64,000 nt of DNA from an uncultured Syntrophus sp. (GCA_964571695.1 CAZNDG010000001.1:139648-203647), one strand, 5' to 3'. Shown: positions 44,430 to 54,386, counted from the stretch's first letter. Numbers and translations are program-made. Notes: a model not told the origin generated them from the sequence alone.

Positions 44430-47400
44430 TCAATTTTCGGCCATCGAGGTGACCGCCCCCTTTCTCCTCGTCATCCAAATGTTCAACTTGTCGATATAAA
44501 CGTAGAAAACAGGGGTGATATACATGGTGAGGAACTGGGAGAAGAAGAGACCCCCGACCACGGACACCCCCAGGGGTTGCCGGGACTCCCCGCCGGCCCC
44601 GAGTCCCAGGGCAATGGGCAGGGTGCCGAAAAGGGCCGCCATGGTGGTCATCATGATGGGACGGAAACGGACGAGGCAGGCCTCGTGAATTGCCGCTTCC
44701 GCGGTCTTTTTCTCGTTCCGCTCCGCGTCCAGGGCGAAATCGATCATCATGATCCCGTTCTTCTTGACCAGACCCACGAGCAGGATAATGCCCACGAAGG
44801 CATAGAGGTCCAGTTCCATCCCGAAGATCCGCAGGGCCGCCAGGGCCCCGAAACCCGCCAGGGGCAGCGCGGAAAGGATGGTAATGGGATGGAGATAGCT
44901 CTCGTAGAGGATCCCCAGCACCATATAGATGACGGCTATGGTAACGAAAAGCAGAAACCCGAGTTTGGCGAACGACGTCTCGAAGGCCTGTGCCGCGCCC
45001 TCGAAACTCCCGGATATGGACGCCGGCAGGTGCTGCTCCGCGAGCTTTCGGATCTGTTCCGTCGCCGGTCCGATGGAATGGCCCGGCAGGAGGTTGAAGG
45101 AAATCGTCGCCGCCGGACGCTGCCCCTGGTGGTTCACCGCCAGAGGACCCAGGGTCTTCTGGACCGTCGCCACCGTGTTCAGAGGCACGAGTTGGCCGGT
45201 GCGGGATTTGATGAAGAGGAGATCCAGGGTATCCGGATAGGCCATGAACTCCTCCTCCAGTTCGAGGATGACGTCGTACTGGGTGGTGGCGGCGTAGATG
45301 GTGCTGACCTTGCCCCCGGCAAAGGCGTAACTCAGGGCGTTTTCTATCTGCTGGGCCGTCAGCCCCAGGGTGGAGGCCTTGTCGCGATCGATGTGGATCG
45401 CCATCTTCAGGCTCCGGAAGCTCAAGTCGCTGCTCACGTCCGTCAGTCCCGGCAGGGCCCGGACCCGTTGCTCGAAGTCCTTGCCGTACCGGTAGAGGTT
45501 GGCGAGATCCTCGCTCTTCAAGGTATAGTTGTACATGGCATTGGTTTCCTTGCCGCCGATCTCGATGGGCGGTGGATTCATGGGAAAGACGAAGAGACCG
45601 GGAATAATGTTAACCTTGGGACGGAGCTCGTTGATGATCTGATCGACGGATCGCCGGCGTTTCTTGCTCTCCACGCACCGGGCGAAGATGAACCCCTTGT
45701 TGTTGTTGGGAACGGCGGCGACGGACACGATCCCGTCCACGTCGGGATCGTCGATGATGATCTTGTTCAGGACGTTCTGGTGGGCCGACATATCGGCATA
45801 AGAAATCGTGTCGGCGGCCATGGTGAAACAGATGAAAAAATTCCGGTCCTCGCTGGGGATGAAGCCGCCGGGGGAGATCTGATAGAGCCACACCGTTCCA
45901 GCCATGATGAAAGCCGTGAAAATCAAGGCCTTTAGGCGGTGCCGCAATACCTGGCAAAGGCTCCGGTCGTAAAAGGCGAGCATGGCGTTGAAGATCCGCT
46001 CGGTGGTTTCATAGAGCCGCCCCGGCTTCCTCTCTCCGGGATTCTTCAAGAAAATGGCGGCCATCATGGGGGTGAGGGTCAGGGAGACGAATCCGGAGAT
46101 GAGAATGGCCGCCGCGATGCTCACGGAAAACTCCCGGAGGAGCCTTCCCACGATGCCGCCCATGAAGAGTACCGGGATGAATACCACAACCAGGGAGATC
46201 GTCATGGAAAGGATCGTGAAGCCGATCTCCTTTGAGCCGAGGAGCGAAGCGGTCCGGGCGTCTTCTCCCTGCTCCATGCGGCGGATGATATTCTCCAGCA
46301 TGACGATGGCGTCATCGACAACGAAACCCACGGACAGAACCAGGGCCATTAGAGACAGGTTGTTGAGGCTGTAGCCGCAAAGGTACATCACCGCAAAGGT
46401 GGCGACCAGTGACAGGGGGACGGCGATGCTGGGGATGATCGTGGGCCGGAGGGACCGCAGGAACAGGAAGATGACGATCACTACGAGGCAGATAGTCAAA
46501 AGGAGGGTGTATTGAACATCCTTGATGGAGTCCTTGATGAAATCCGTCTGATCAAAGATGAGGCGGACCTCCGTACCCCTGGGAATCTCCTCCCCGAGTT
46601 TCGGCATGATCTCCTTGACCTTCGCCGCCACTTCCACAGCGTTGGCTCCAGGCTGTTTCCGGACGGCGAATACGACGGTGCGCTGGGAGATCTCGTCGTT
46701 GGCGTACCAAACAGTCACCCGCTTGTTGTCCACGCTGTCCACTCCCCGGCCCACATCACGGATCCGGACGGGATATCCCTTTTCATAGGCCACGATGAGG
46801 GGATCATAGGCCGTGGCCGTCTTCAGTTGTCCCTGAGGGTCGAGGGTGTAGGACTGATACGGCCCGTCGAGACTACCACCGGGTATGTTGACATTGGCAT
46901 TGGCCAGGGCGCCGGCAATCTCGTTTATCCCGATCCCCTTGTTGGCAAGCCGGTGGGGATTGACCTGAACGCGAACGGCATATTTTTTCCCGTATTTAAT
47001 TACCTCGGAAACACCCTTGATGGTGGAAAGGTTCGGGGCAATGACCGAATCCACATATTCATAGGTCGTCGTATCCTTTATGGTCTCCCCCACCATGGCA
47101 TAGAACATGATGGGCCATTCCGCGGGATTTACCTTCTGGTATGTAGGGGGAGCCGGCATGGTGGGGAGGATCCCCATAGCCGCGGAGATCATGGAGTTCA
47201 CATCCTGGGCCGCTGCATCGATGTTTCGGTCCAATGAAAATTGCATGGTGATGGAGGTCGAACCCTGGGTACTCGTGGAGGTCATGGATTCGAGTCCCTG
47301 AATGGTGGAGAATTTCTTCTCCAGGGGAGTGGCCACCGTGGCAGCCATGATCTCCGGACTGGCTCCGGGCAGTGCCGCAGATACCTGGATAGTGGGATAA

Positions 47401-47522
47401 TCCATCTGGGGCAGGTCGTTGACAGGAAGGTTACGATAACCGATGATCCCAAAAAACAGGATGCCGATCATCACCAAGCTGGTCATGATGGGACGGCGGA
47501 TCCAGAGGGCGGAGATGTTCAC
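44430..47522 (-). CDS. RND efflux transporter permease (AcrB/MdtB family)
   Basis: 1030 aa. MNISALWIRRPIMTSLVMIGILFFGIIGYRNLPVNDLPQMDYPTIQV... The length and twelve-TM layout are typical of HAE1-type RND pumps. Confidence 0.95.
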   Translation of the reverse strand: MNISALWIRRPIMTSLVMIGILFFGIIGYRNLPVNDLPQMDYPTIQVSAALPGASPEIMAATVATPLEKKFSTIQGLESMTSTSTQGSTSITMQFSLDRNIDAAAQDVNSMISAAMGILPTMPAPPTYQKVNPAEWPIMFYAMVGETIKDTTTYEYVDSVIAPNLSTIKGVSEVIKYGKKYAVRVQVNPHRLANKGIGINEIAGALANANVNIPGGSLDGPYQSYTLDPQGQLKTATAYDPLIVAYEKGYPVRIRDVGRGVDSVDNKRVTVWYANDEISQRTVVFAVRKQPGANAVEVAAKVKEIMPKLGEEIPRGTEVRLIFDQTDFIKDSIKDVQYTLLLTICLVVIVIFLFLRSLRPTIIPSIAVPLSLVATFAVMYLCGYSLNNLSLMALVLSVGFVVDDAIVMLENIIRRMEQGEDARTASLLGSKEIGFTILSMTISLVVVFIPVLFMGGIVGRLLREFSVSIAAAILISGFVSLTLTPMMAAIFLKNPGERKPGRLYETTERIFNAMLAFYDRSLCQVLRHRLKALIFTAFIMAGTVWLYQISPGGFIPSEDRNFFICFTMAADTISYADMSAHQNVLNKIIIDDPDVDGIVSVAAVPNNNKGFIFARCVESKKRRRSVDQIINELRPKVNIIPGLFVFPMNPPPIEIGGKETNAMYNYTLKSEDLANLYRYGKDFEQRVRALPGLTDVSSDLSFRSLKMAIHIDRDKASTLGLTAQQIENALSYAFAGGKVSTIYAATTQYDVILELEEEFMAYPDTLDLLFIKSRTGQLVPLNTVATVQKTLGPLAVNHQGQRPAATISFNLLPGHSIGPATEQIRKLAEQHLPASISGSFEGAAQAFETSFAKLGFLLFVTIAVIYMVLGILYESYLHPITILSALPLAGFGALAALRIFGMELDLYAFVGIILLVGLVKKNGIMMIDFALDAERNEKKTAEAAIHEACLVRFRPIMMTTMAALFGTLPIALGLGAGGESRQPLGVSVVGGLFFSQFLTMYITPVFYVYIDKLNIWMTRRKGAVTSMAEN

Positions 47523-48754
47523 TTGCCTTCCCCTCCGGCGTTACCCTTGACATTGCCGCTTCCCGGCCCAACACCTAAGCTGTCCTTGATCTCCACTTTA
47601 CCGTTCGGTCGCACTTTGAGATGTCCGTCCGTCACCACAGTTTCCCCGCCCTGGAGTCCCTTGGCGATCACCGCCTCCTCTCCGGTGCTTCTCTCCATGA
47701 CCACGGGGGCAACCTCGGCCGTCATATCCGGTTTGATTACGAAGACAAATTGCCCCTGGTCTCCGTTCTGGACGGCGCGAAGAGGCGCGACGACGGCTCC
47801 GGATTGGATCGTGAGACGGAGGGATACGTTGACGAACTGACCTGGCCAGAGGGATCGGTCGTTATTGGCGAATTCCGCCTTCAATTTGATCATCCCCGTT
47901 GCCTGGTCGATGGCGTTGTCCACAAAGACGAGTTTCCCGTTGGTGATTTCCATGGGAAAGTCCTTACCGGGGATAACCCTTACGGAGACCGTTCCCGCCG
48001 CAAGATATTTTCTGATCGCGGCAAGCTGTTTTTCCGGTACGGAGAAACGGATATAGGCGGGACTGATCTGGTTGAGGGTGGTCAGAGAGGTGTCATTGGC
48101 CCGAACGATAGAGCCGAGATTGACACCGTAGGCACCGGTCCGCCCGGCAAAAGGTGCTTTGACGGAACAGTAGGATAGATTCAGCCGCGCGTCTTCCACC
48201 TCGGCACGGTCGGCCTTAACGTTCGCGTTGTATGCGGCGGCGTCGGTCAGGTACTTGTCCGCCTCCGATTTCGATACCGCCCCTTTGGTCAAAAGAAAGG
48301 CATAGCGTTTCGCCTCCTCTTCGTTGAACTGTGATTGGGCGATGCTTTTGGCCAACCGGGCCTCGACCTGATGAAGCTTTTCCCGGAAAGGGGCCGGATC
48401 GATTGTGAAGAGCAGTTGTCCCGTCCGGACATCCTCTCCTTCCCGGAAATGGGTCCTGAGAAGCTGCCCGGTCACCCGAGAATAGACATTAATGGATTTA
48501 TAGGCCTCCACGGTGCCGATGGCGGCAATCTCCAGGGGCATATCCTTCTTGACGACCTTGGCGGCCAGGACGGTGGCGGGAGGGAAAACGGGCGGCGGTG
48601 TCTCTTTGCCGCAGCCGCCGGTGATCAGCGACGCCGCAGCCACTAAGGAAAGAAGCAATGATCCGCTGATCAAACACCGTAACCACGATCGCCACGAACC
48701 ATTCCGGCGCCGCCGGCCGCCATGCCCCGTTGCCAATATGATCTTGTCGAACAT
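47519..48754 (-). CDS. RND efflux periplasmic adaptor (membrane fusion protein), lipoprotein
   Basis: 411 aa. The lipobox is LITGGC. It has the HlyD/AcrA-like hairpin and barrel pattern. It overlaps the permease gene by 4 nt. Confidence 0.9.
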   Translation of the reverse strand: MFDKIILATGHGGRRRRNGSWRSWLRCLISGSLLLSLVAAASLITGGCGKETPPPVFPPATVLAAKVVKKDMPLEIAAIGTVEAYKSINVYSRVTGQLLRTHFREGEDVRTGQLLFTIDPAPFREKLHQVEARLAKSIAQSQFNEEEAKRYAFLLTKGAVSKSEADKYLTDAAAYNANVKADRAEVEDARLNLSYCSVKAPFAGRTGAYGVNLGSIVRANDTSLTTLNQISPAYIRFSVPEKQLAAIRKYLAAGTVSVRVIPGKDFPMEITNGKLVFVDNAIDQATGMIKLKAEFANNDRSLWPGQFVNVSLRLTIQSGAVVAPLRAVQNGDQGQFVFVIKPDMTAEVAPVVMERSTGEEAVIAKGLQGGETVVTDGHLKVRPNGKVEIKDSLGVGPGSGNVKGNAGGEGK

Positions 48755-48775
48755 AAGATATTTGACCGTCCTTCC

Positions 48776-50077
48776 CTATCGCCCCCCCATGGCCTTTTCC
48801 AGGTTGGCCTTGGAGGTTACGTAATTGTAGTAGGCGTTTACCCGCGTCTGTTTTGCCTGGCTGAAGTTGACCGTGGCGGTGGTAACCTCCACCGAGGTAG
48901 CCAGACCCGACTGATAACGGAGATTGACCAATTCCAGATTTTCCGTCGCCTGCCGTACTAACAGTTGGGCGTTGGTTATCGATTCTTCGGCCTTTTTCAT
49001 ATTGAGGAGCGCCGTCTGCACCTCTTGGCGGATCTGTAGTTTGATGGCGGCGATCTTCGCCTCGGTTACCTTGAGATTCGCCAGGGCCTTCTGCACGGAC
49101 TGCTGGGTGGCAAAACCAGCAAAGAGATTCCAGGTAACCCCCACCCCTACGTTCCAACCCTGGGCCAGAGGGGTCCGGCTGCCGGCAAACTCATAACCGG
49201 CGTTGGCGTCCAGAGACGGGAAATAATCCTTCTTGGCCAGGGATACGGATCTTTCCGCCGCCTTCTTTTGCAGCATGAGAGACTGGAGATCCTGGCGGTT
49301 TCCATATGCCCGCTCCAGGGCTTCCTGTTCCGCGATCCGCAGTTTGTCGAGGGTATGGAGTTCCCTGATGGTGTAATTGGCCGGACCGTCATATCCCATG
49401 GCCTTGTTCAGGGAAACCCAGGCCTTGCTGAGTTCGTTTTCCCCGTCGATGAGCTTTAGCTCGGCACCGCTGAGATATACTTCGGCATTTGTCACATCGT
49501 ACTTAGGCTTCTTGCCGGCCGTAAAGAACAATTTTGCCTGTTCCAACTGCTTTCGGTATTGCTCCCGTACTTCCACTTCAATATCCCGGGACAGTTTCGC
49601 CTTCAGGACATCGTAATAGGCGTTTTTGACGGTATTTACCACCGCGGTGATCCTGTTTTCCATGTCCATCCGGGAAGAATCGACGTTGAGACGGGCCACG
49701 GCGACGTTATCCTCCCGCTTCCCGAAGTCGTAGATCTTCTGGGTAAGGGTCAGATTGGTGTCGCCGTATTTATATCCATAGAGATTGTTGATGGGGGGAT
49801 AGGGGTCGTCGGTCTTCTTGGCCAGGTTATAGCTGTTGAAAACTGATTTGGCATCTAACTGGGGATAGTATCCTGACAGGGCCTTGCCCAGATCCGCTTC
49901 ATTGGCCCTGGTCATGTACAAATACTGAATTATTTCCGGCTGGTTATGGACGGCAATCTCTATGCAGCGTTCCAGTGTCAACTCCTCGCCGTCCCGGATG
50001 AGGGGCATCTCCGCCGCTACGACGGTGCCTGCCCATAGGCCGATCCCGATAGACAAGATGGTGACGAACCGAATCAT
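48776..50077 (-). CDS. TolC-family outer membrane efflux protein
   Basis: 433 aa with a signal peptide and two tandem OEP repeats (...LTLERCIEIAVHNQPEI...; ...AERSVSLAKKDYFPSLDA...). Confidence 0.9.
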   Translation of the reverse strand: MIRFVTILSIGIGLWAGTVVAAEMPLIRDGEELTLERCIEIAVHNQPEIIQYLYMTRANEADLGKALSGYYPQLDAKSVFNSYNLAKKTDDPYPPINNLYGYKYGDTNLTLTQKIYDFGKREDNVAVARLNVDSSRMDMENRITAVVNTVKNAYYDVLKAKLSRDIEVEVREQYRKQLEQAKLFFTAGKKPKYDVTNAEVYLSGAELKLIDGENELSKAWVSLNKAMGYDGPANYTIRELHTLDKLRIAEQEALERAYGNRQDLQSLMLQKKAAERSVSLAKKDYFPSLDANAGYEFAGSRTPLAQGWNVGVGVTWNLFAGFATQQSVQKALANLKVTEAKIAAIKLQIRQEVQTALLNMKKAEESITNAQLLVRQATENLELVNLRYQSGLATSVEVTTATVNFSQAKQTRVNAYYNYVTSKANLEKAMGGR

Positions 50078-50180
50078 ATCCCACGCCTCGCTTACAAAGC
50101 AGTCATGCCTATCATATGGGGCGTTCCCTTGTCAAAGAAATGCAGCTTCAGTCGCCATCCGTAACGTCCCGGCCGTTTGA

Positions 50181-51743
50181 TCAGTTCAGACCCCGGCAGG
50201 GAATGGCGTCGGGCAAACGTTCATGATCCGGCAGCGGCGCGGTAATTGAAAAACGCTCGTTCCCGTCCGGAGCAACCGCCGGAAAACCGAGATTTCGTTC
50301 GATCACAGCGGCCATTCTCCCGGTGTTCTCCCCTTCGCCATGGATCACGAATACCTGTTTCGTCTTGGGGAAACGGGACAGCCAAGTGAGAATCCGGCAG
50401 GCGTCGGCATGGTTGGAAAAGAAGTCGAATCTCTTCACCCGCATCCGTATTTCCGTCTCCACCCCCGGTTGCGGCGCCCCGTTCCCCGGAAGATGGAAAG
50501 GGGGAATGGCCACCCGCCGCCTCCCGGTCAGCAGCGCCTCCCCCAGGCTTCCCGGGGCCTGCCAGCCCACGATGGCCAGAAGGTTCCTGGGGTCGCCTCC
50601 CATCCTCTTCAGGTGGCGCGGGGCGTTGCCGTGATCGAGCATGCCGCTGGAGGTTACATAGATCGCGGCCTGGCGCTGTTCATGGGTCAGGAGGGCGGCG
50701 GCGCCGTTCAGCTTTTGCAATCCGGGAAATTGGAAAGGATCCCGACCGGCGTCGAATTCCCGCTGCGCCTCCGGATGGAGATAATTCCGGTGCCGGCGGT
50801 AGGCCTCGGTTATCTTGCCGCCCAGAGAACTGTCAGCATATACCGGGGTGGCGGCGGGGAGCAAACCCCGGCGCTGCCAGCGCCCGATGGTGAACAGGAC
50901 CTTCTGGGTTCGGTCCATGCTGAAGGCGGGAATCAGGACGCTCCCTCCGGCCGCAAGGGTCTCCCTTATCTCCCGGACAAATAGCTCCTCCTGGCCTTCC
51001 GTATCCCGCCGGCTGGTCCCATACGTGGCCTCGACGACAATGAAATCAGCTTCAGTAATCATTTCCGGCTCTTTGAGAAGGGGGATGCCCCCATTCCCCA
51101 TGTCGCCGGTAAAGACAATCTTACGCATTTTGCACCCGGAACCCGTCCAGACCTCGACCATCGCCGAACCGAGGATATGCCCCGCATCCCGGAGACGGAT
51201 GGCGATATCCCCGGTAAGCTGGCGCCGGCGGCCATAGGGAATAGATTCATAGTTTCTCAACATCGTCTCTACGTCCCCAGGGCCGTACAGCGGCGCCCCG
51301 CCGCCGGACTCATAGGTCAACCCGGCCTTCAGGGTAAGCCCGGCCAGGGTTTTCGTGGCCGCCGTACCGACAACCCGGCCCCGGAAACCCTGCCGGTAAA
51401 GTAAAGGTATGCGCCCGGCATGATCAGCGTGGGCATGGGTCAGCAGGACATAGTCGATCGCGGCGGGATCAAAGGGCGGCTTGGTGCTTACCCCGGCCTT
51501 ACCCCGTTCCATGGAAAGACCGTAGTCAATGAGTATTTTTGATTTTCCCGTCTCCAGAAGGATGGCGCTGCCGCCCACGGTGCGGGCCGCGCCGAGAAAC
51601 TTCAGGGTAACGTCCTCCGCGGCCCGGGCCGGGAGGACGGAAATCGTCATGAGGAGCAGGAATAACGGTAAAAACCATGCCCGCAACGATCGTGTTGCGG
51701 CGCGGCGGTACCGCGACGGCAGGACAATTGATTTCCAAAACAT
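50181..51743 (-). CDS. Beta-CASP family MBL-fold hydrolase with N-terminal signal peptide/anchor
   Basis: 520 aa. The N-terminus is ...RAWFLPLFLLLMTISVLPARAAEDV (AxA cleavage-like). The MBL motif is LLTHAHADHAGRIP. The beta-CASP/RMMBL-like C-half reads ...YVTSSGML...FSNHADACRILTWL...VFVIHGE. Confidence 0.75.
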   Translation of the reverse strand: MFWKSIVLPSRYRRAATRSLRAWFLPLFLLLMTISVLPARAAEDVTLKFLGAARTVGGSAILLETGKSKILIDYGLSMERGKAGVSTKPPFDPAAIDYVLLTHAHADHAGRIPLLYRQGFRGRVVGTAATKTLAGLTLKAGLTYESGGGAPLYGPGDVETMLRNYESIPYGRRRQLTGDIAIRLRDAGHILGSAMVEVWTGSGCKMRKIVFTGDMGNGGIPLLKEPEMITEADFIVVEATYGTSRRDTEGQEELFVREIRETLAAGGSVLIPAFSMDRTQKVLFTIGRWQRRGLLPAATPVYADSSLGGKITEAYRRHRNYLHPEAQREFDAGRDPFQFPGLQKLNGAAALLTHEQRQAAIYVTSSGMLDHGNAPRHLKRMGGDPRNLLAIVGWQAPGSLGEALLTGRRRVAIPPFHLPGNGAPQPGVETEIRMRVKRFDFFSNHADACRILTWLSRFPKTKQVFVIHGEGENTGRMAAVIERNLGFPAVAPDGNERFSITAPLPDHERLPDAIPCRGLN

Positions 51744-51890
51744 GGCTTATTAAATCACAGCCACCTTCTCAATGCAACCGTCCCTTCACCCACACCATCC
51801 GCCCCACGGCATGGGTGTATCGGAATTGGTTTTTCATGTCTTCCTCGTGGGTTAGAATATAAATCCACACGGGGACATCCTTCTTTTTTA

Positions 51891-51919
51891 TTGCATTACG
51901 CGGCAAATGCCGTTATATC
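51891..51919 (+). promoter_or_regulatory. Candidate sigma-70-type promoter for sdaA
   Basis: TTGCAT (51891-51896), a 17-nt spacer, then TATATC (51914-51919), about 65 nt upstream of the ATG at 51986. This is pattern match only. Confidence 0.35.
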
Positions 51920-51985
51920 GTAGCAACTTTCAGATGTCATACTCAGGACAGAGGCGTTGCATTCCTATAGAAAGAGAAGGCTCTT

Positions 51986-53338
51986 ATGGCGGCTATTACC
52001 ACATCGGTTTTCGAGCTCCTGAAGATCGGCCCCGGTCCGTCGAGTTCCCACACCATGGGTCCCATGAAGGCGGGACGGGATTTTCATCTCCAGATGAAGT
52101 CTCTGGACCCCGGGGAACTGGCCGTCGCAAACCGGTTGGAGGTGAATCTCTACGGCTCCCTGTCTGCTACCGGCAAGGGTCACGGCACCGACCGCGCCGT
52201 GCTGGCGGGCCTCATGGGCCATGATCCCGAAGACTGCCCTCCGGATATCCTCGATGCCGTCCACCTCGATACCCGCACCCCGCTGACTCTGGAAATCGGG
52301 ACGCAGCGCCTCACCTTCCGGGCCGCCGACATGGTCTTCAACAACAACGGCGATTTTCCCTTCAGCAACACCATGATCATCCGCCTGCACGGACCCCGGG
52401 GCGTCATCATGGAAAAGGAATATTACTCCGTAGGCGGCGGCTTCATCCAGTGGCGGGGATGGGAGGAATCACCCCGAGGTGTGCCCAGGTATCCCTATGA
52501 AAACGCTACCCAATTGACGAAACTCCTCAAAAGGCGCCGGCTGGATCTCTCCGAAATCATGATGGCCAACGAACGGGCCATAACCGGTCATTCGGAAAAG
52601 GAAATCAACGACGGGCTGGATCTGGTCATCGCCGCCATGGAAGGCGCCGTGCAGCGGGGTCTGACGACCGAGGGCTATCTGCCGGGACCGATCCGCCTTC
52701 ACCGCAAGGCCCCCCTCTTCTTTCAGCGCGCCCGGGGGATGTCCCAGAACGCGGAGCGTCTCCTTGTTTATCTTTGCGCCTATGCCTTTGCCGCCGCTGA
52801 AGAGAACGCCGCCGGGCACCGGGTGGTCACCGCCCCTACCTGCGGCTCCGCCGGGGTGATCCCCGCCCTTATCGTTCTCCTGCGGCGCCACGGGAGGATT
52901 CCCTTGGAAAAGGTGCGCCGGGCGCTTCTGGCCTCCGCCGCCGTGGGTTTCATCGCCAAGCACAACGCCAGCATCTCCGGCGCCGAGGTGGGTTGCCAGG
53001 GAGAAATCGGCGTCGCCGCCAGCATGGGCGCCGCCCTCGTTTCCCTGGCCAACGACACCGGCGCCCGGATCGCCGAAAACGCCGCCGAAACCGCCCTGGA
53101 ACACCATCTGGGGATGACCTGCGATCCCGTCCAGGGTTATGTGCAGATCCCCTGCATCGAACGGAACGCCATGGGGGCCGTCAAAGCCTACACATCATAT
53201 CTCATCGCCCGGGAGGGAGTGCCGGAATGGCATCTCGTCAGCCTGGACAAGGCAATTGCGGCCATGAACATGACGGGACGCGACATGCCCTTCCAGTACC
53301 GGGAGACCTCCCTGGGGGGGTTGGCCCGCTGCTGCTGA
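51986..53338 (+). CDS. sdaA: L-serine ammonia-lyase (iron-sulfur-dependent, single chain)
   Basis: 450 aa. MAAITTSVFELLKIGPGPSSSHTMGPM... is the hallmark N-terminus, and the C-half carries the Cys ligand contexts. Confidence 0.9.
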   Translation: MAAITTSVFELLKIGPGPSSSHTMGPMKAGRDFHLQMKSLDPGELAVANRLEVNLYGSLSATGKGHGTDRAVLAGLMGHDPEDCPPDILDAVHLDTRTPLTLEIGTQRLTFRAADMVFNNNGDFPFSNTMIIRLHGPRGVIMEKEYYSVGGGFIQWRGWEESPRGVPRYPYENATQLTKLLKRRRLDLSEIMMANERAITGHSEKEINDGLDLVIAAMEGAVQRGLTTEGYLPGPIRLHRKAPLFFQRARGMSQNAERLLVYLCAYAFAAAEENAAGHRVVTAPTCGSAGVIPALIVLLRRHGRIPLEKVRRALLASAAVGFIAKHNASISGAEVGCQGEIGVAASMGAALVSLANDTGARIAENAAETALEHHLGMTCDPVQGYVQIPCIERNAMGAVKAYTSYLIAREGVPEWHLVSLDKAIAAMNMTGRDMPFQYRETSLGGLARCC

Positions 53339-53444
53339 GTTGGACTAGGCCATTGCAGCCACAAACTTGAGGGGACGCGACATGCCCTTCCAGTGCCGGG
53401 AGGCATCGCAGTTAATCCTGGCCCGAGGGCGAGGAAAGGAACAG
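53251..53444 (+). repeat. Degenerate 97-bp tandem duplication of the sdaA 3' end
   Basis: Unit 1 (53251-53347) covers the last ~28 sdaA codons, the stop and 9 nt beyond. Unit 2 (53348-53444) aligns at a constant offset of 97 nt. The two share an exact 23-nt core, GGGACGCGACATGCCCTTCCAGT (53275-53297 and 53372-53394). Translations compare as AIAAMNMTGRDMPFQYRETSLGGLARCC and AIAATNLRGRDMPFQCREASQLILARGRG. Confidence 0.65.
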
Positions 53445-53446
53445 CA

Positions 53447-54040
53447 ATGGCAAAAAACCTTCCTGCCCCGCGGATCAGCAACGCCCGCCTTATCATTATC
53501 GGCGGCCTCATCGGCGCCGCACTACTGTCGATCGGCTTCTTCATTTCCGCCGTTCCCGGCGGGGCCGATCAGCACCAGATCGGGCATAAGGCCCCGCCCT
53601 TCCAAGTGAGCTCTGGAGACGACCAGACTTTGACGGCGGAAGATCTAACCGGAAAAATCACGTTGCTTTTTTATGAAAGCCGGGAGGCGGCTGAAAAGAA
53701 TCGTTCCCTCAAGAATCTCCTCAACGCCTTTTACCGGCAACAAGCGCCGGAGTTGCGGCAAAACATCCGTCGGGTAGCCGTAATCAACTGCACCGCCGCG
53801 GTATGGCCGCTGCAAGGGATATGGAAGCGGGAACTCCGGAAAAATTCGCGCCGGGAGGGGTTGACCATATATGGCGACTGGGAAGGACGGATGCTTTCCG
53901 CCTACGGCATGAAAGGAGACGATTCAAATCTTTTGATTATCGACAAAAAAGAAGTCATCCGCTTCTTCCGCTCCGGCGCCATCCCTCCGGCCGCAATCAA
54001 AGAAATCCAGGAGATCCTGTACGCCATCGGCAGAGAATGA
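53447..54040 (+). CDS. Membrane-anchored thioredoxin-fold (redoxin/YtfJ-like) protein, no CxxC
   Basis: ORF track gives 53393. I start at the ATG at 53447 (MAKNLPAPRISNARLIIIGGLIGAALL...), which lies after the duplication. It has an N-terminal TM, then ...LTGKITLLFYESREAAEKN...VAVINC..., a redoxin-like spacing. This is a weak assignment. Confidence 0.45.
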   Translation: MAKNLPAPRISNARLIIIGGLIGAALLSIGFFISAVPGGADQHQIGHKAPPFQVSSGDDQTLTAEDLTGKITLLFYESREAAEKNRSLKNLLNAFYRQQAPELRQNIRRVAVINCTAAVWPLQGIWKRELRKNSRREGLTIYGDWEGRMLSAYGMKGDDSNLLIIDKKEVIRFFRSGAIPPAAIKEIQEILYAIGRE

Positions 54041-54086
54041 GGCCGCCGCTCTTCTCGTTCCGAACGGCCGGACAGGTTACAGGATT

Positions 54087-54386
54087 CTAAGGGAAAATGA
54101 TCGCTATCCCCGGATCACCATCCTTGACCCGGCAGGGAAGTTTCTCCTCGAATTCCTCCTGCGAAGCCAACATCTTCATCTTCCAGGGACCGAGGTGCGC
54201 CGTCTCGCGGCCGTTTTCCCTCTTCAGTGCGATCTCGGCGTAAGCGCCGACGCCGTTGCACTGGCAGTAACAGGTCAGATAGGGCCAGACGATCCGGACC
54301 CGGAGGCGATAACAATCCTCGCAAAACCCCATCATCGCCGCCAGATCCGGGCAAACCAAAGAAAATTTCTCATCCCCGGCCGGCAT
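54087..54386 (-). CDS. Small cysteine-rich hypothetical protein
   Basis: 99 aa with 7 Cys (CPD...CEDC...CYCQC...). A strong SD, GGAGGAG, lies 5 nt upstream of the ATG. I recognise no family. Confidence 0.45.
   Translation of the reverse strand: MPAGDEKFSLVCPDLAAMMGFCEDCYRLRVRIVWPYLTCYCQCNGVGAYAEIALKRENGRETAHLGPWKMKMLASQEEFEEKLPCRVKDGDPGIAIIFP

Noticed and set aside
44577-45935. A 452-aa plus-strand ORF.
   Set aside because: It is antisense to the RND permease and of low complexity (G/R/E/D/H-rich), so I treat it as spurious.
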